A stretch of 64,000 nucleotides of DNA from a bacterium (GTDB lineage: Bacteria > UBA8248 > JACPRG01 > G963555815): positions 32,001-96,000 of the forward strand of contig CBDHDG010000005.1 of assembly GCA_965261595.1 (NCBI GenBank), written 5' to 3'. Position 1 is the stretch's first letter. Each line of letters begins with the position of its first letter. The position numbers and the translations under genes are program-made. The notes under the pieces are model-generated. The model had not been told where the DNA came from, ran no database searches, and saw only the letters and a list, made by a program, of their open reading frames with translations. Shown here piece by piece: positions 32,831 through 44,904 of the stretch.

Positions 32831-33823
32831 CTAACGGCCTTCCACTTGATAGGCGCTAGTGTCTGTTTTACTGCCTTCTGCGCCGTCAAGAAGCGCCACC
32901 GCCTGGGCCTTGTGACGGTCCGTCAGGTGCGAATACCGCATGACCATCCGCCTCGTCTTAGCGCCCCCTTGAAGCCTGTACGGATGCTCTGTATCGCCTC
33001 CCCGTCCTGGGGTCGACAGAACACAAATCCCCCGTCCAGACGGGTACGGGATGCTCTCCAATATCGCACGGGCCGTTGCGTTCAGTGGGACCGTCCGACC
33101 TTCACCGGACTTCGCCTCTCCGACTCTCAGATACCCCCCTCTGAGGTCCACATCTTGCCACTTCAGGCGAAATATCTCGCCCTGTCGAAGCCCTGTGTGA
33201 CGGGCGAAATCGTAAATCCGGCAGATGCGCGGGTGCATCTCGGCCCGAAGCCGTTCCCGTTCTTCCGGTTCCAGAATTCAGCAACGGGCGTTATTCTCCT
33301 TCAAAAATTTGACTTTGGCAACCGGGTTGCTTCCGGCCTTCCCGCCCTCAATGGCACGATTGAACAGCGTTTTCAAAAGCGCCAGTTCCCGGTTGACCGT
33401 CGCGGGTTTCTTCCCCTGGTCCAGCCTGTTCGTTTGGTAGCCGTGGACCATTTCCGGCGTGATGGCGTCCAGGTACAGGTCCCCAAAAGCGGGTAGAAGG
33501 GCCTTGATGCTGGCTTCATCCCGCTTCGCGGATTTCTTTCGGGCGGAATAGACGCGGGCATATTCCTCCCCGTACTGCCGAAACGTCACTCGCCGGACCA
33601 TCTTCTTGTCCAGATGCTTTCCTTCGGCGATCTCCGTCCTCCGCTTCCCCATCACGGTCACGGCCAGCCGCTTGTTCGGCCCGATCCATTCCCGGACCCG
33701 CCTTCCACCGGCGTAGTAATCCAAGAAATAATTGCCCTTGGTATCCTGGTGCACCCCAGGCGGGAGACGGAGGGCCTTTCGCTTGGATGACCCGCGCGAT
33801 TTCCGGGAGGTCGGTGCGTTCAT
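32831..33823 (-). pseudogene. Tyrosine recombinase/integrase, frameshifted and internally deleted
   Basis: SAM-like domain (PATVNRELALLK..FN.A), HTGLRQGEI and MVMRYSHL are present. Frameshift at ~33280; the HxLRH and LLGH boxes are absent. Confidence 0.88.
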
Positions 33824-34014
33824 GGCTTTTTCCTCCGTTTCTTAGGGCGTTTGGCCGTCCCCTCGGCCTCGCGGTCCAGGGCCTCGGCGATAAAGCGCCG
33901 GGCAACCGCCGAGACAGTTGATCGCTCTCGCTCCGCAATGGCCTCTAAATGCCGGGAGTCCTCGGCGCTCATCCGAAGATGGAAACCAACCTCATATCTT
34001 GTTTTACGCTTCAT
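33820..34014 (-). CDS. Ribbon-helix-helix (CopG-like) regulator, 64 aa
   Basis: FHLRMSAEDSRHLEAIAERERSTVSAVARRFIAEAL; stop overlaps the integrase ATG. Confidence 0.75.
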   Translation of the reverse strand: MKRKTRYEVGFHLRMSAEDSRHLEAIAERERSTVSAVARRFIAEALDREAEGTAKRPKKRRKKP

Positions 34015-34021
34015 GTAGAAC

Positions 34022-34050
34022 ACAATAGAATATTTAGCTACGGATGTCAA
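34022..34050 (-). promoter_or_regulatory. Sigma70-type promoter for the RHH-integrase unit
   Basis: TTGACA-17 nt-TATTGT, with the RHH ATG 7 nt after the -10 box. Confidence 0.7.
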
Positions 34051-34197
34051 CCGCCTTTCAACCTTTCAACGAATGATCTTGGCGGCGGTCTTGTTGCCCT
34101 CGATGTACCAGTTCCAGGCCCTCCACGTCGAATCGGAGGGGTTTCCCCAACTTCACCTTCGGAATGCGCCCCATGATGGCCCATTGGCGAACGGGCA

Positions 34198-34542
34198 GCG
34201 CGGTAAGGAGGGTGGGTAACCGCTGCGTAACCGCTGGGTAACCGCTAGGTGGTTACCTTTTTCGGCGGCCGGGGAGATCCGCTCAACCCGCGTCGTTGCA
34301 GGCTTTAGCGGTATCGGCGGGGGAGGAAGGCTGCGGGCGCTTACAGGGCATAACCGAAGTAACCGCATTTGTAAGGGGGGGGAGCCTATAGAATGTTGTC
34401 GGGGGGGCCACCTATCACCCCGTAGGCGTCCTCCTTGAATAGCAATAATCCATTTTAAAACAACTTGTTGCACTGAATCCATATGGGGCCCGAGTGCAAT
34501 TTATAGCCCCCTAGTCCCCCAAAGCGGTTACTTCGGTTACGG
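34198..34542. repeat. GTAACCG iteron-like repeats (putative replication origin)
   Basis: GGTAACCGCTGCGTAACCGCTGGGTAACCGCT, TAACCGAAGTAACCGC and the inverted GCGGTTACTTCGGTTAC lie just downstream of the primase gene. Confidence 0.65.
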
Positions 34543-34571
34543 CCAAGGGCGACGGGAGGGGTGGAAATTCC

Positions 34572-37240
34572 TCACTCAGAATCCCAATCGGGCTGATCGT
34601 TTTCGGACTGGGCTTCGAGCGCAGAGAGGGGTGGGAATTCCTCACCCAAGAGGGCCGCCACCGCCGGGCACCTCACCTTCAGGACGCGGTGATTTTTTCC
34701 CTTAATCTTCACGACGTAGGAATTGCGCCCCGTAGCGCATTCCGTAAGTCCCTCCTTGCCGAGGTCCTGGTGGAGCCGCCCCTGGCGGACGGCAAACGGC
34801 TCCCCGGACTCCTCGCAGAAACGAGAAACCGCACGGAAGGATGCTACGGGGAGCAGGTAGAGGTCGTTCTTGTCGTGCCATCCCAAGAACTCCGCCCGCC
34901 CGGTGTAATCCTTCCCGAACTCGAACTGCTTGCGGGCGAAAACGATCGCCTTCCCCTGAGTAAGCAAATTCGCCAGGACCTGAAAAAACCGCACGGAGGG
35001 GCGCTCCTCCTCCACCGCTTTTGATTGCACCGCCGCCAGTTCCGCCAGGGCTTCCCACCCCTCGGCGCGCAGGGCCTCCGCCACGGCGTGCGGGCAGGCG
35101 CCCACCGCCTCCGCGTACTCGAGGCCGCTCTCCATGCCAAGCCACAGGTGGGCAATGACCTCCGGGATGCGCAGGTGCCGCCCCCGGGCAGTGGCTTTGC
35201 GCCGCGCTTTCTCGAACACTTTGGCCAGCTTCTTGCGGAGCTTGGGTATCTGCGGCGCCAACCAGAGCACGTAGCCTGCCATTGCGTGAGGGAGGCGAGA
35301 ATCCCCCTGCTGCACCGCGCTCAGGGCCTTCAGGTCCACGTCCTCGCGCGTGACCTCGACAATCAGCATTCGCGCCAAAAGACTCTGGCCGGGAGGCCGC
35401 CCCTCACCCGTCGAGATGATGATCCCCCGGGGGGAATAGGCGGGGCGGTCGGTCAGGTCCGCCCGAAGCCTCCCCCGCCCGGCAAGGTTCCCCTGGGAGC
35501 GCAAGAGTCGAGCGGCCGTGCTTTCCAGCTTGCGGCGGTCGTTGCCTGAGGGGGCGAAGTCGTCCACCACGAACGGGAGGTCCTTCAGCGCAAAAGCCTG
35601 CTTTTCCAACTGGTTGGCCGTCGAACTCCACGCGCCAGGCAGATGAGTCCGCTCAAAATCTCCGAAGTGGCTGAGGAAGAGGGGGGCCAGAGTGGATTTC
35701 AACGAGCCCGTCTGTCCTTCCAGCCAGAGGTTAAGGTCACAGGGAAATATGGACGCCAGGGGGGCTCGAAACATGACGGCCCAAAGGGGGAGCGTAATGC
35801 GGAGGGGGGCGAGGCGGAGAAGTTTGAGGCTTTCCTCCATCGCACCCGCCGGGTCTTTGGGTTCTCGGGGCAGAGAGTAGCGCGTGAGCTCCTGACCCAG
35901 GTCCACCTCGAAACCCTCATGTCCGACGGCGCCGCCTGATGTGAGGTAGACCCACTCGCCGTCCATCTCGCGCCACCCCGTGTGGGTGAACACGTGGCGC
36001 CGCCGCGCTTTCGGCGACAGCACCTGAATGGCCTCACGGAGATAGTCCTTCGTTGCGGGTCCGGCGGCCACGATGGCCTTGAGCCCCCACCGGTCGGTGA
36101 CCCAACCCAAGCCCCCGAATTGCGCGGCAGGGATTGTTTTAGGCGGAAGCGGCTCGCCGGTGTCCGTGGCGCCCTCGATGCGGAAGGCCGTCGTTGTCTC
36201 AACGCCATCATCGAGGATGAGTTCTTCCGTCACGTGGCAGACGAAATTGTTCGTGAGGGGATGCGCGACCGGCCCCTCGCGCGTCTGGCGCCACCTGATG
36301 ATCCTGCCATCCTTGATTTCGTAGTGCGACCCGCCAGGGGCCTCCCGCGCCTCCCGCGCCCCGCCACGGAGTGCAAGCCACTTCCGCAGGCAGGCGACCA
36401 CCTTCTTGCCGTCTCCCCGGAGAAGTTCCGCAAGCGTCGGTCCACCTGTGGTGGGGCGCCCGCCTTTAAGGGCCTCGGCCGTCCCCGTGTCTCCGCGCTT
36501 CCACGACTCCTCATCCCCTGCGGCCCGCGCAGCCTCTCTCACGATGCGTGCGGTCAGGTCCTTTCCCATGCCGCCCCGCAGGAGGAACCCCTCCACGGCC
36601 AGCGCGGCGTGATGGCGGCTTCCCTTTTCCGGCCAGTAGCGGGCGAGAACGGCAGTAGAGGCCACCACCGCGGCCAAACGCCGGAGATCCTCTCCGTCCA
36701 CGCGGGGAGGAGGAGGGGGGGCTGCTTCTTCCACCCAAAGCGCTCACCTGTGGGGTGGACAGAGTTCGGTACGAGGGTCTGCACCCTGTTGGACCGGAGC
36801 TCTATGAGCATCTTCCCGTCTGGGTCGATGAATTTTTGAGTCTTGAGGGCAGGTGTGCAGCAGTACCAAAAGTGAGAAAGGGGATTCCCGGGTCTCCCGT
36901 GGACACAATCCGTTGGGGGGAGAAACGCGCCCGCCACGGCGCAAGCTTCGGATGCATCCAAGTCCACGTCCACCAGCCCGCCCGACGGCTCTCCGAGGAG
37001 CAGGCCGATGTTCGAGCCGCTGTGGAAGTAACGCTCCAAATCGTTATCGGCAATCCGGAGCTTCTGACACTCGGGCAAAGTGGGTCCCCTCTCCCCGGGG
37101 GGTACGGGTACGGGGCAGGCCTTTCAGGCCTGCATATAAAAGCGAGCCCAGGCAAGCGCCCAATCCCCATTTTTCGGGAAGGGAGTGCGCGTCATCTTGC
37201 GCCGGGGGGGCTGGTTTTTACTGGAGCGTTTTTTAGTCAT
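34572..37240 (-). pseudogene. Bifunctional primase-polymerase + DUF927-type helicase domain
   Basis: Motifs NIGLLLG..SGGLVDVDLD, SVHPTGE, HTGWR, Walker A GQTGSLKS, VVDDF, ISTGE. TGA at 37124-37126 and a frameshift at ~36735. Confidence 0.8.
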
Positions 37241-37457
37241 CGCCGCGCCCCCTTGCGGGACGCCGAGAGGCGGCGATAAAGGCGTCCACGTCCGAAATTT
37301 TAGACCGGACGGCCCCGCTGATCTTCACGTTAGGGATACGGCGCTGGTTCGTCCAGGCGCGTAAAGTCCATTCGGCCAGCCCGAGATACTCGGCCGCCTC
37401 CCGTGTGGTGAGAAGCCGACGGGTGGCGGGGCGATCGTTTTTCTTTTTGAGATCCAT
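37233..37457 (-). CDS. Excisionase-type HTH_17 DNA-binding protein
   Basis: LLTTREAAEYLGLAEWTLRAW...IPNVKISGAVR; GAGGAG RBS. Confidence 0.85.
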   Translation of the reverse strand: MDLKKKNDRPATRRLLTTREAAEYLGLAEWTLRAWTNQRRIPNVKISGAVRSKISDVDAFIAASRRPARGRGDD

Positions 37458-37497
37458 CGAAGTTCTCCTCAAAAAAAACCGCAGCGGGAAACCCCCC

Positions 37498-38757
37498 TGG
37501 ACTTACCCCGGTTTCGTGGAGAGTTAAGCACTTGGGTTTTCAGGGTGTGCGTTGTTGTCTCCTTTCGTAGTTAACGGGTGACAGGTTGTCGATGGAGGAG
37601 TGCCGACGATGCGGGTTGTAGAAGCCCTCGATGAACCCGAACACCTCCATGCGCGCCTCGGCCCGGGTGCGGAAACTGTGGCGAGCGAGGAGCTCGCACT
37701 CCAGCGTGGCGAAAAAGCTCTCACACAGCGCGTTGTCGTAGCAGTCCCCGACCGAACCCATGGAGGGACGCACGCCCGCCTGCCGGCAGCGCTGCCCAAA
37801 GGCGACCGAGGTGTACTGCGTGCCCTGGTCGGAGTGGTGGATGACGGCCCGGGGACGGCGCTTATACAGCGCCATGTCGAGCGCGTCGAGCACCAACTCG
37901 GCCCGCAGGTGTGTGGCCATCGACCACCCCACGATGCGCCGGCTGAACGCATCGAGCGCCACGGCCAGATACAAAAACCCCGCCCATGTCGGAACGTAGG
38001 TGATGTCGGCCACCCACAGCCGGTCGGGGGCCTCGGCCGTGAAGTTGCGGTCCACCAGATCAGGGGCCGGCCGCGCCTCCTGCCGGCGCTGCGTCGTGCG
38101 CGCTCCCTTGCGCCGACTGACGCCCGCAAGTCCCGCCCCACGCATCAGCCTGGCGACGCGCTTGCGGCCCACACGCACTCCCTCAGCCTCCAACTCGGCA
38201 TGGACGCGCGGCACGCCGTAAGTCCCCCGAGAACGCTCGTGGATCGCCTGAATGCGTTTGGTGAGCGCCCGATCGGCACACGAGCGGGCACACGGCGCGC
38301 GCCTGCGCCACGCGTAGTAGCCGCTGGAGGAGACGCCCAGCACCCGGCACATGGTGGCGGTCCGATACATGGCCTGGTTCGCCCTCACGAACCCGTAGAT
38401 CCGGACGGGATCGAATCGGTCTCCCGAGCAAACCAGGCCGCGGCTTTTGCTAAGATCTCCCGCTCCTGGCGGAGCTGTCGGTTCTCGCGGCGAAGTCGGC
38501 GCAACTCCTCCCGCTCATCGCTCGTGAGCCCGTCTTTGCGACGCCCCTCGTCAACGTCGGCTTGATGGGCCCAGGTGCGGATCGTCTGCGCCGAGGGCTC
38601 GAACTCGTGCGCCAGCGCCTCGGGCGTGCGTCCCGCCCGGACCAACTCTACCATCTGGCAGCGGAACTCCATTGGATAGCGTGGGTGAGTCTGTGGCATC
38701 GTGAACACCTCCTTTACCCCCAAATCATCAGGTGTCCACCAAACCGGGTCAACTCCA
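37498..38757 (-). mobile_element. IS3-family element B, copy 1 (1260 bp)
   Basis: TG...CA ends; orfA HTH; orfB motifs WVADITY, HHSDQG, DNALCES; A-AAA-G slip site in orfA. Confidence 0.95.
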
Positions 38758-39526
38758 CCCCTTTGAAATCAGGTCATCCAAGACAGGAACCAGCTGTTCA
38801 GTCCGTACCAATACTTCATCGGCGGATTGCCCCCATACTAGGCCGAGATAGCGAACCTGCGGTACTCCGAGCTCGAGTCGCAACTGTAGATCCTTAAGTT
38901 TTTGCTGGGCGCCGCCTGGGCTTAGCCGACCAATATCATCGTTCCAGAATGAAGTACCAGTGAAGACTAGGTAAATGCATCCCATCGCCAGAATAGCTAA
39001 TGAACTCCACTTAACCGTTCGTACCTGGTTCAACTGTATCACAAATCGAGGCAATTTTACGGCATTGGGTCCGACCCCTGGCCATAACAACAAAAGCGAT
39101 GGAACAACCCAGCGAGTGACTATGGCCGTCACAATTAACCCAGAGATCGCAAAAGTCCCAAGATGGATCAACCCTTCAAATCCGGCCAAGAGCAGCGCAG
39201 AAAAACCAACGCAAGTACTCATCGCGGCCATCCGAAGTGTTGGCCATATCCGTTGTAAGTGTGCCTCGATCCGTTTCGGCGTGTTAGCAACTGGTAGAAC
39301 AGCATGTATGGGGTAATCCACTCCTATCCCCATGAGAGCAACCCCAAATGACAGAGTTATTCCGTGGATTGAACCAAAGAGGAATGTAACTGCCGTGACT
39401 GCAGCCAATACTCCGGATACCAAAGGGACTGCAATAAGAACCAAGAGAGGCACTGAACGAAAGACCCATAGCAAAAATGCAGTAACGAGAATCGACCCCA
39501 TAACGGAAAATAACAATGCATCATCC

Positions 39527-42194
39527 TGGAGTTGACCCGGTTTGGTGGACACCTGATGATTTGGGGGTAAAGGAGGTGTTCACGATGCCACAGACTCACC
39601 CACGCTATCCAATGGAGTTCCGCTGCCAGATGGTAGAGTTGGTCCGGGCGGGACGCACGCCCGAGGCGCTGGCGCACGAGTTCGAGCCCTCGGCGCAGAC
39701 GATCCGCACCTGGGCCCATCAAGCCGACGTTGACGAGGGGCGTCGCAAAGACGGGCTCACGAGCGATGAGCGGGAGGAGTTGCGCCGACTTCGCCGCGAG
39801 AACCGACAGCTCCGCCAGGAGCGGGAGATCTTAGCAAAAGCCGCGGCCTGGTTTGCTCGGGATACCGATTCGATCCCGTCCGGATCTACGGGTTCGTGAG
39901 GGCGAACCAGGCCATGTATCGGACCGCCACCATGTGCCGGGTGCTGGGCGTCTCCTCCAGCGGCTACTACGCGTGGCGCAGGCGCGCGCCGTGTGCCCGC
40001 TCGTGTGCCGATCGGGCGCTCACCAAACGCATTCAGGCGATCCACGAGCGTTCTCGGGGGACTTACGGCGTGCCGCGCGTCCATGCCGAGTTGGAGGCTG
40101 AGGGAGTGCGTGTGGGCCGCAAGCGCGTCGCCAGGCTGATGCGTGGGGCGGGACTTGCGGGCGTCAGTCGGCGCAAGGGAGCGCGCACGACGCAGCGCCG
40201 GCAGGAGGCGCGGCCGGCCCCTGATCTGGTGGACCGCAACTTCACGGCCGAGGCCCCCGACCGGCTGTGGGTGGCCGACATCACCTACGTTCCGACATGG
40301 GCGGGGTTTTTGTATCTGGCCGTGGCGCTCGATGCGTTCAGCCGGCGCATCGTGGGGTGGTCGATGGCCACACACCTGCGGGCCGAGTTGGTGCTCGACG
40401 CGCTCGACATGGCGCTGTATAAGCGCCGTCCCCGGGCCGTCATCCACCACTCCGACCAGGGCACGCAGTACACCTCGGTCGCCTTTGGGCAGCGCTGCCG
40501 GCAGGCGGGCGGGCGTCCCTCCATGGGTTCGGTCGGGGACTGCTACGACAACGCGCTGTGTGAGAGCTTTTTCGCCACGCTGGAGTGCGAGCTCCTCGCT
40601 CGCCACAGTTTCCGCACCCGGGCCGAGGCGCGCATGGAGGTGTTCGGGTTCATCGAGGGCTTCTACAACCCGCATCGTCGGCACTCCTCCATCGACAACC
40701 TGTCACTGGACCGCCCCTGGGTTATTGGACACTCGGGTGAGGGTATTCGACCTCATGCGGCCTCCGCAACTTGAGCGAGTTTTTCCTGCCTTGCCTGGGC
40801 CGGCGTTCGGTAGCCGTAGCCCTCGAGAATCCAATGATGGTTGTACAGGTTCTTGAACTCAAGCAGCGCCCACCGCAGTTCCTCTACGGTGGCGAAAGAG
40901 CGCACCCACAGGAGATTCTCCTTCAAGATGCGGATAAACCACTCACAGTAGCCATTTCCCTCGGGCGCCCGCACGAAGCTGGGCGAACTGGTCATGCCCA
41001 GGTAGGTGATCTCCCGCTGAAAGTCATCGGACAGATAGGCGGGGCCGTGGTCGTGACGAACTTTAAGCCCCTCGGCGACGTCCGCCTCCAAGCCGGCGAA
41101 GCGCTCGGCGACCCCCTGCCGGATCGGCTCCAGGGCCTCGAAGCGGTTGCCGCTCTTGGCCGCATGGATCCCCACGCAGTCCACCGAGCAGTGATCCACC
41201 GCCACGAACACCGAGGCCACCCCCTCCTCGGTGGTCACCGTCGTCGTCATGTCCGTGCCCCACATTCGGTCGGGCCGCTCGGTGCGGATGGTCCCGTTGT
41301 GGGCCTTGGGACCTCGGGGTTTGCCCACCCGGTGGGGGGCCTGAAGCCCCGCCTCCCGCATCAGGCGACGCACCCGCTCCTTGCTGGTGCGGATGCCCGC
41401 GAAGCGCAGCCTCGCCCACACCTTGCGGTAGCCCTCGCCATGGAAGGGAGAGTCCTCCAGGACCTGCCGGATGTGGCCGAGGAGTTCCGCATCGGTGCAC
41501 GGGCCCACAGGGCCGTGCTTATTGGGCGTGGGGCGTTCATGAACGGGGACCGCCTCTCGCCGCCGTTGCGCGTAGACCGTGGAGCGCGCCAAGCCCCAAA
41601 GGGCGCACACCCGCTTCAGGCCGTAGGCTCTGCCCGTGGAGGTGAAGCGGGCCTGACTCATCGCCTCCACCTCCTGCCGGCTAAAGGGCGGCCGGCCTCC
41701 AGGCGGTCGATCTTCTCCCGCAGGACCTCGCCCTCCATCGTGAGTTCGCCCACCTTGGCCTTGAGCCGGGCGTTCTCCTCGTCCCGCTCATCCGCCGGGC
41801 GGGCTTTGAGCGCCGCCTCGCCCGCGCGAAGGAACGCCTCGCGCCAGGCGGAAAGCCGAGCCGCTGTCGTGCCCAACTCGCGGCAGAGCGTCTCCAGGCT
41901 CTCGCCCCGCAAAAGACGCAGGACCGCCTCCCGCTTGCGCTGGCAGGAGAACCGACCCCGCTCACTGCGATGCCCTGGGGCCTTGGCTCCGTTCGCCCTG
42001 CGGGCGCCCTCCGCCAAAGCCCCCTCTTGCTTTTGTTCGTTCATCGCGACACCCCTTTCTCCATGAATCATGGATCAATCGAGTGTCCAACAAAACCCTA
42101 GAGCGGGGGATCACCCGTTAACTACGAAAGGAGACAACAACGCACACCCTGAAAACCCAAGTGCTTAACTCTCCATGAAACCGGGGTAAGTCCA
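39527..42194 (+). mobile_element. IS3-family element B, copy 2 (interrupted by IS3-A copy 3)
   Basis: Same ends as copy 1; 3-bp TSD TCC at 39524-39526 and 42195-42197. Confidence 0.93.
40707..42110 (-). mobile_element. IS3-family element A, copy 3
   Basis: 1404 bp; 4-bp TSD TCAC, confirmed against the uninterrupted IS3-B copies. Confidence 0.95.
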
Positions 42195-42272
42195 TCCCGA
42201 ATTATGTTCCTTGTTTGAATGGCGACCACCGGTATCCCCGTAACAAACAATGTCATTTTTCGATCCTTATAT

Positions 42273-43940
42273 TCCGCATTTCCCATATGGATCATAAGTT
42301 TTGTCGGACCGAATGCCATTTTCTCGTGTAAGATCAAGGTGTTGGCCTCTCCCTGCCATCATCTTGCGAGGGGACCCAATGGGTGAAGCGAAGAAGGGGG
42401 CTTTGAAGATCCGTTTTGACCGTCGGCTGAGGCTTGAGTTTCACGGAACCAGAATCACTTCGGATGCGGGATTGCTGGCCTGCCGGGAGCTGGATGATGC
42501 GCTGGGTTTGACGGTGAGAGCGCCAGTGCAATTGCAAGAGATCCGTCATGGCCGGAACATCCAGCATGAGTTGGCGCCGCTATTGCGCCAGTCGGTCTAT
42601 AGCCGCTTGGCAGGGTATGAAGACACCAACGATGCCGAGCGGTTGGCCCAGGACCCCGCGATGCAAGCCGTGGTCGGCCGCCGAGCGCTTGAGAAGCAGG
42701 CGGCGGGCGCCAACACCCTGAGCCGGTTCGAGACCGAGGTTCTCACCAGGGAGGAGAATCTCAAGGGGCCGGAGCGAGCTGAACCGGGAGTGGGTGGACC
42801 GGGCCATGGCACACTCACCCCATCAGCGAATCATCCTGGACATGGACAGCTCGGAAAGCCCCGTCCATGGGGAGCAGGAAGGTACGGCCTACAACGGCCA
42901 CTTTCGTTGCACCTGTTATCACCCTCTTTTTTGCTTTAACCAGTTCGGGGACTGCGAAGGGGCGATGTTGCGCCCCGGCAACGTGCACAGCGCCGATGGC
43001 TGGCGCGAGTTGCTTTCGCCCATCGCGGCCCGGTATGAGCGGGCGGGTGTTCGCCGTTACTTCCGAGCCGATGCCGCCTTTGCGCGCCCGGAGGTTTATG
43101 AGTGCCTGGAAGCGCACAGCTTCCATTACGCCATCCGCCTTCCCGCCAACGACGTGGTGCAGCGAGAGATCGACTTCCTCCTCACCCGCCCGGTCGGTCG
43201 CCCGCCCAAGAGACCCATCATCTTCTATTACGACTTCCGGTATCAGGCTGGAAGCTGGGACCGTTCCCGGCGGGTCGTGGCGAAGGTGGAATGGCACTCA
43301 GGCGAACTCTTCCCTCGCGTCGGATTCATTGTCACGAACCTGACGGCTCGACCCGAGGGGGTCGTGCACTTCTACAACCAGCGAGGCACAGCCGAGCAAT
43401 GGATCAAGGAAGGCAAGTACGCCCTGAACTGGACACGCCTTTCCTGTCACCGGTTCGTGTGCAACCAGGTGCGGCTCCTTCTCTTCGTCCTGGCGTACAA
43501 CCTGGGCAATTTCCTGCGCAGGCTAGCCTTGCCCAGGGGGCTCAAGCACTGGTCGCTGCGAAGCCTCCAGGTCAAGCTCATCAAAATGGGCGGGAGGATT
43601 GTGCGGCACGCCCGGCAGATCATCTTTCAATTGGCCGAAGTAGCGGTATCCAGGGAAGAGTTCGCCATCATCCTGGACCGAATCAACCGATTACGGCCGG
43701 TGCCGGTCTAACCTTGTGCAGAGGGTTCCCGGCAGCATGAGGTGATTGGTTAACGGGTTGAACCGCGAATAAAGGGGACCGAAGGGCGAGGGTCCGCCTT
43801 TTGGGGCAGTCGATGGCCGTCAGCACCTTGTTGCGGAGGGTTGGAAGGCTCTTGACAGACCCATCGGAAGGGGGTCAACTGGTTTTCATCGGGAAAGGGG
43901 ACCGGAAACCACCCAAGCAAGTTGATATGGGAAATTCCGG
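42273..43940 (+). mobile_element. IS1380-family element, full length, transposase frameshifted near 42770
   Basis: IRL TCCGCATTTCCCATAT, IRR ATATGGGAAATTCCGG; motifs LDMDSS, RADAAF, YNQRGTAEQWIKEGK. Confidence 0.92.
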
Positions 43941-43954
43941 TTTGATCACATAAT

Positions 43955-44904
43955 CCCGCATTTCCCATATGGATGATAATTTTTAACGCCCCGAAGGCCG
44001 TTTTCTCGTGTAAAATCAAGGTGTTGGCCTCTCCCTGCCATCATCTTGCGAGGGGACCCGATGGGTGAAGCGAAAAAGAGGCCGTTGAGGCTCCAATTCG
44101 ACGGTCGGCTCAGGCTGGAGTTTCACGGAGCAAAGGTTACGAGTGACGCCGGTTTGCTTGCCTATCGTGAACTGGATGAGGTGTTGGGGCTGACGAAGGC
44201 GGCCGAGGGGTTTCTGTCCGATTCACGGACGGGCGGGAACACCCGGCACAGCCTCACCGCTTTGGTGCGCCAGTCGGTCTACAGCCGCCTGGCAGGATAT
44301 AAAGACACCAATGATGCCGAGCGGCTCTGTGTCGATCCCGCCATGCGTCAGGTGGTTGGGGGGCGAGCGAAGTATCACACCGCTGCCTCCACCAGCCAGA
44401 TGAGCCGATTCGAGACGCAGACCCTCACCCGGCCCCTTAACCCCTCAAGGCGCTGAGCGGTCTGCCCGGTGTGTTGGTGGATCGTGTCCGCAAACGCAAG
44501 CCGATTCGCAAGCTGATCCTGGACATGGACAGTTCGGTCAGCCCGACCCACGGTGAGCAGGAAGGCTCTTCCTACAACGGCCACTTCGGCTGCACCTGCT
44601 ATCACCCACTGTTTTGCTTCAACCAGTTTGGCGATCTGGAGCGGGCGCTGTTGCGCAACGGCAAGGTCCACAGCGCTGATGACTGGTGGTCTGTATTGGA
44701 GCCGGTGGTAGCTCGCTACCGGGATGCGAAGGTCTGTCGGTTTTTTCGAGGCGACGCGGCATTTGCCAAGCCGGAGGTGTACCGATACCTTGAGGCGGAG
44801 GGCTACTCCTATGCGATTCGGCTTCCGGCCAACGCCATCTTGTACAGGGACATCGAATGCCTTCTGACCCGGCCGGTTGGCCGACCGCCCAAAAGGCCCA
44901 TTAT
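43955..44904 (+). mobile_element. IS1380-family 950-bp 5' partial copy, tandem duplicate of the next element
   Basis: Appears identical to 44905-45854, including the same frameshift. Confidence 0.9.

Noticed and set aside
37124..37126. In-frame TGA in the primase N-terminus as recoding
   Set aside because: It is not at a Cys-type position and the same gene also has a frameshift; pseudogene.
37495..38760. CCC/CCC flanks of IS3-B copy 1 as a true TSD
   Set aside because: The flanks are unrelated (excisionase leader vs mid-MMPL) and both are C-runs; likely coincidence.
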